A stretch of 64,000 nucleotides of DNA from Desulfomonilia bacterium (GTDB lineage: Bacteria; Desulfobacterota; Desulfomonilia; UBA1062), in NCBI GenBank assembly GCA_963664325.2, contig CAXXDQ010000004.1:128001-192000 (forward strand). The letters are read 5' to 3'. Shown one piece after another: positions 60,139-64,000 of the stretch; the stretch's first letter is position 1, and each line of letters begins with the position of its first letter. The position numbers and the translations under genes are program-made. Under the pieces are notes generated by a model. The model was not told the origin of the DNA and made no database searches. It saw nothing but the letters and a program-made list of their open reading frames with translations.

Positions 60139-61347
60139 ATGGGCAAAAAATGGTTATCAATCTTAACAATGTTTTTTCTGATTACGGGAATACCTGCAGC
60201 GGCATATGCCGCCAAGTTCAAACTTGCGGACATCGACTGGGAGTTATCTGGCAGCGTAAGGCTTGACACAGGCTACAGGTTTTCCGACCTGGGCAGCACG
60301 CCCACGACACCGGCGGGCCAGGAATCGAAACAGACCGACTGGTTTCTGGAAAATCCCGGAAACAGCAGGCTTGGCCTGAAGGCGACATATGAAAACATAC
60401 TGGCCTACTATGAAGTCGGCATTCCTACTAACCCGGTTTCCATTACGACAAGGCATCTGTATGCCGTCTATGGCATCAACGACAGCAACAGCTTTCTGCT
60501 CGGCCAGACAACATCGGTTCTTGCGCCCCTTGACCCGGAACAGCATCTCAGACAGGACAAGCTTTTAAACGGTTTCGGCAACCTTTATCCCAGCAGAAAC
60601 CCGCAGTTCAGGTATTCATACAAGACCGGCGCAATAACCGTCAACATGGCGCTTGAGGATACAAAATCCGCATGTGCCGATACGGTGGTTAGCGGAAGCC
60701 ATATCACGGACAGCTATATCCCTGTTGTAGAGGCTTCTCTGGTCTACAAGAATGACATGCTCATGGTTTCCCCGAGCATCTATTACCAGAGTTACACCCT
60801 TAAGAAGAACGATGCGGTGGCCACTACAAAGACCGTCAGCATCGGGTCATGGGCGGCGGCGCTGGACGGAACGGTAAAGACCGACATCCTGCTTCTGGCC
60901 ATGGAAGTCTGGTACGGCCAGAACCTCAGCACATTCAGCATCGACCAGCGCTCCAGCACCAAAAAGACCACGACAATGGGCGCCCCGGTAGCGGACGCTT
61001 CCGGAGGCGACCTTAAAAACGTCAACAGCTTCGGCGGATGGCTGCAGCTGGGCATTCCGGTAAAACCTGTTACAATATACCTCGGTTACGGATACCAGCA
61101 GTCACAGGTCAGAAATGCCGACACAAGCGCTGTTACTTACGAGGACAAGATCAGCACACAGGGCGCTTATGTAAATGCCAAGTGGGAAGTGAAAAAAGGC
61201 TTTTTTGTTCAGCCTGAGGTAGCTTACTTTGACAACGGATCAGATGCGCAGAAAACTCTGAGCGCTAAAGACACCGTCTATGCGGCGGGTGATAACGACC
61301 TCGGTGGCGATCTCTACGCAGGCATTCACTTCCAGTACGATTTCTGA
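60139..61347 (+). CDS. Outer-membrane beta-barrel porin, probably phosphate-starvation induced
   Basis: Signal peptide AYA-A; NSRLG, RHLY, amphipathic strands; C-terminal FQYDF. Confidence 0.8.
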   Translation: MGKKWLSILTMFFLITGIPAAAYAAKFKLADIDWELSGSVRLDTGYRFSDLGSTPTTPAGQESKQTDWFLENPGNSRLGLKATYENILAYYEVGIPTNPVSITTRHLYAVYGINDSNSFLLGQTTSVLAPLDPEQHLRQDKLLNGFGNLYPSRNPQFRYSYKTGAITVNMALEDTKSACADTVVSGSHITDSYIPVVEASLVYKNDMLMVSPSIYYQSYTLKKNDAVATTKTVSIGSWAAALDGTVKTDILLLAMEVWYGQNLSTFSIDQRSSTKKTTTMGAPVADASGGDLKNVNSFGGWLQLGIPVKPVTIYLGYGYQQSQVRNADTSAVTYEDKISTQGAYVNAKWEVKKGFFVQPEVAYFDNGSDAQKTLSAKDTVYAAGDNDLGGDLYAGIHFQYDF

Positions 61348-61367
61348 TACCCATATCCTTCCCCTTA

Positions 61368-61402
61368 AGCCCCCGGCGGTATCAAGGCCGGGGGCTCTTT
61401 TT
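61368..61402 (+). terminator. Rho-independent terminator after the porin
   Basis: AGCCCCCGGC-loop-GCCGGGGGCT-CTTTTT. Confidence 0.85.
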
Positions 61403-61442
61403 CCACAAGAAGCAACTCAATTTCATTCAAAAAGTATTTACT

Positions 61443-62204
61443 TCATGTCGCGACAATAATTTTTACCCCGGCTTTTTTATATTGTTTTATTAATGCCGGA
61501 GAAAGAGACCCGTCCGTAATGATGTTTTTTGTATGTTCCAAGGGCAGGAATGTGTGAAAGGCGGGAGAAGAGAATTTGGATGCGTCGGCCAGGATATAGC
61601 TCTCTCTCGCATGCGCATGCATTACTCCTTTGATCTTCGATTCATTGACATTGTTCGATGCGCAACCCATTTCGATAGAGATGCCGGCTGCTCCAATAAA
61701 GGACTTGTTCACATAAAAGCTTGAAAGGCACGATTCCGTTATAGCGCCCCCAAAGGCTCCTTCCCTCTCTTCAAAGCTGCCGCCGGTGCAGATGATATTG
61801 ATCCCCACCTTGTTTTTCAGGATATTTATGATGTTCAGCGAATGGGTGATCACGGTGATGGAGCGGTTTTCCGGAAACGACTCGGCCAGATAGGAACAGG
61901 TGGAACCTGCATCGACAAAGACCGTATCATCACGCTCGATGAGGGAGGCGGCATATGCGGCAATCTTGATTTTTTCGCTTATGTGCTGATTGATGCGGCT
62001 CGCGATGTGTGTGCTTACCAGAAGATTCTCGACCGGAATGGCCCCTCCATGCACCCGCGTTATCAGCCGCTCCTTCTCGAGCGCTATAAAATCGCGCCTT
62101 ACAGTCATGGCCGAGGTGTTCAGGCGATGGGCAAGTTCTTCCACCGCACAAAAACCGTTTTTATGAACGAATTCCAGTATTTTATTCTGTCTGTATGTCA
62201 GCAT
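61443..62204 (-). CDS. DeoR/GlpR-family regulator
   Basis: RQNKIL, SAMTVRRD, RVHGGA, DAGST, ADASKF. Confidence 0.9.
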   Translation of the reverse strand: MLTYRQNKILEFVHKNGFCAVEELAHRLNTSAMTVRRDFIALEKERLITRVHGGAIPVENLLVSTHIASRINQHISEKIKIAAYAASLIERDDTVFVDAGSTCSYLAESFPENRSITVITHSLNIINILKNKVGINIICTGGSFEEREGAFGGAITESCLSSFYVNKSFIGAAGISIEMGCASNNVNESKIKGVMHAHARESYILADASKFSSPAFHTFLPLEHTKNIITDGSLSPALIKQYKKAGVKIIVAT

Positions 62205-62248
62205 CACATTGCTCCAGGACAATTTATTTTCGCTTGGTTCCTTCAGGT

Positions 62249-64000
62249 CTACTCTGATAAAACCATCATCCCGTATGGCCTGATCCATTTGCCGGAAACA
62301 AGTTTTGATTTGGCAGTGTGGTTCAGGACGACCTTGAAATTTTTCCCATCATCGCCGCTGCGGTGGATAACCTCCACACCGTTACCGTGGAATTTTGGTC
62401 TGAGTCCTCCTTTCTTCAATATCTTCCTGAATAGAATGAAAAGTCCAAGCGGGTCAGGTGAAGTCCCGAGATAGTAAACCGTGCCCTTGCCGTAATGATT
62501 CACTGTGACTGCAGGCGTCCCGCTGTAGTGTTTTTTACTGTCGGAGTAGAACGCAATGGCCTTTGCTGAAACCGGTTCTATCAGGTCGGCCCAGACTTCG
62601 CCCTTTGCCGGGATCAGTCCTATTTTTATCTTCACCTTGTTCCTGTTGAGGGATTCGAACCTTTTTATTTTCAACCCCGCCAGTTCGGAAAAAAGCCCCG
62701 GGAGGCTGTCGGTTATCGCAAAATTGTTCATATCGCGGGCCCCGGCGCGCCAACCCAGGACAAGAATCCCTCCTTCATGCACCCACTTTTCTATCCGTCC
62801 GACAAACTCAGGGTCGGCCATCTGGTACATGGGCAGGCTGATGATCGAATACCTGGAAAGATCGACCTGCGACGGCTTCTTCACATCTGCATTGATATTG
62901 AACAATACATAAGGTGCGAACCATCGCGTGAGTTCGAGCTCATATCCTGCCTGCACATACGGTGTCGGTTTTTCGTACAGCCCTTTTGAAAGATACTGGT
63001 CCCAGAGAACGCGCATGTTGTCCTTGTCATAGATAAGGCAGGCCGGTGTTATGATTGAACTCCGGACTATTTTATCATGCACATCCCTGTTCTTGATTAT
63101 GTTTTGCCTTAATCTGCGGTATCTCTCTGATTCGGCATTGTCGGAATCCAGGATTCCGTAGCCAAGCTGTTCCGAGCCATAGCGCGATGTTCTCCAGGGA
63201 AAGTAAAACAGCCTGTCCGCACCGTGTGCAATCGCATGGTTGGTCCACAGCACTATTTCATCATAAGAAGGAAGATAGCCAAGGCACACATGGCCCTGCG
63301 CCTCGGCGAACTGTTCGAAGATCGTGAAGTTGGGGCTATCCTTGAAGCCGCGGATCGCGGAAAAAGCATAGGAGTTGAAGTAATACGGGAACGGTTCGTC
63401 CTGGTCCCCCCACACCGGATAATTGCTGTAGCCGGCGAAGTCCATGTTTTCAGCCATCCGGGCATGGTCAATGATGTTGCACACCGGCGGTATGTAAAAG
63501 TTGTGGCTTATCCATTGTTCAGAATCGATGTGTTTTCTGAGAATTGCAATCTGGTCATCGACGAAACTCACCGCCGAGTCGGAACAGAAGCGGTAGTAGT
63601 CGAGCTGAAGGCCTGCATTGTGCGGCAAAGGCTGCTCGGTCGGTATGGGAACCTGTTCGAATGAAGAATATGTCGCGCCCCAGAAAACCGTACCCCATGT
63701 CTTGTTCATTGCCTGAACGGAAGGGAATTTTTTCCTGAGCCATGCATGCCATTTATCCTTGCAGTTATCGCATATGCATATATCCGTCCCTTCATGCCCC
63801 AGTTCGTTGTCGATCTGCCATCCGACGACATTCTGATTTTTCCCGAAGTGCCGGGCGATACTTTCGACAATTGAAAGGCCCGCCTCCCGGTAATGCGCCG
63901 AATTGTAGCAGCATTCGCGGCGGGTGCCGAACTGCCTGACCTTGCCGTCTATGGAAATCCGGATGATGTCGGGGTGCTTTTCAGCAAGCCATACCGGCGG
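62249..64000 (-). CDS. GH42 beta-galactosidase (5' part outside the window)
   Basis: Frame is open to the edge: PPVWL…FGTRRECC…GWQIDNELG…WGTVFW; C-terminal trimerisation domain. Confidence 0.9.
   Translation of the reverse strand, partial: PPVWLAEKHPDIIRISIDGKVRQFGTRRECCYNSAHYREAGLSIVESIARHFGKNQNVVGWQIDNELGHEGTDICICDNCKDKWHAWLRKKFPSVQAMNKTWGTVFWGATYSSFEQVPIPTEQPLPHNAGLQLDYYRFCSDSAVSFVDDQIAILRKHIDSEQWISHNFYIPPVCNIIDHARMAENMDFAGYSNYPVWGDQDEPFPYYFNSYAFSAIRGFKDSPNFTIFEQFAEAQGHVCLGYLPSYDEIVLWTNHAIAHGADRLFYFPWRTSRYGSEQLGYGILDSDNAESERYRRLRQNIIKNRDVHDKIVRSSIITPACLIYDKDNMRVLWDQYLSKGLYEKPTPYVQAGYELELTRWFAPYVLFNINADVKKPSQVDLSRYSIISLPMYQMADPEFVGRIEKWVHEGGILVLGWRAGARDMNNFAITDSLPGLFSELAGLKIKRFESLNRNKVKIKIGLIPAKGEVWADLIEPVSAKAIAFYSDSKKHYSGTPAVTVNHYGKGTVYYLGTSPDPLGLFILFRKILKKGGLRPKFHGNGVEVIHRSGDDGKNFKVVLNHTAKSKLVSGKWIRPYGMMVLSE

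Noticed and set aside
63709-64000. Possible frameshift or pseudogene at the GH42 5' end
   Set aside because: Manual translation shows the same frame open to the window edge; the gene is only truncated by the window
1-64000. CRISPR arrays, tRNA/rRNA genes, transposases, integrases, defence systems
   Set aside because: No regular repeat-spacer pattern, cloverleaf or recognisable catalytic motifs were found by eye

Overview
Gene-dense chromosomal window of an anaerobic bacterium. Gene content and style suggest Deltaproteobacteria/Desulfobacterota, which is an inference. It carries housekeeping blocks (prfB, rho-rpmE-prfA-prmC, trpS-scpAB, EF-G paralog, ddl, engB, murA-hisD-cca), a Pho system split into two halves (pit-pit-pstSCAB-phoU at 14-20 kb; phoBR plus a porin at 57.6-61.3 kb), arsenic genes (arsC; AbrB/HgcC-like regulator-arsM-flavin reductase), many carbohydrate enzymes (UxuA, CBM42 protein, GH1, GH5, GH42, LacI and DeoR regulators) and signalling proteins. 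No rRNA, tRNA, CRISPR or transposase was seen. Signals absent from the ORF track: an in-frame-UGA HesB-like selenoprotein (7724-8017); the prfB +1 frameshift; two perfect TTGAT-N4-ATCAA boxes; 11-bp-period Pho boxes linking pit2, pstS, a porin and possibly arsC; a promoter-flanked, G-U-rich structured RNA candidate (about 42715-42852); many apparently leaderless genes; and gene-order evidence for a roughly 44-kb inversion. All folds and family calls were made by eye, and no searches were run.
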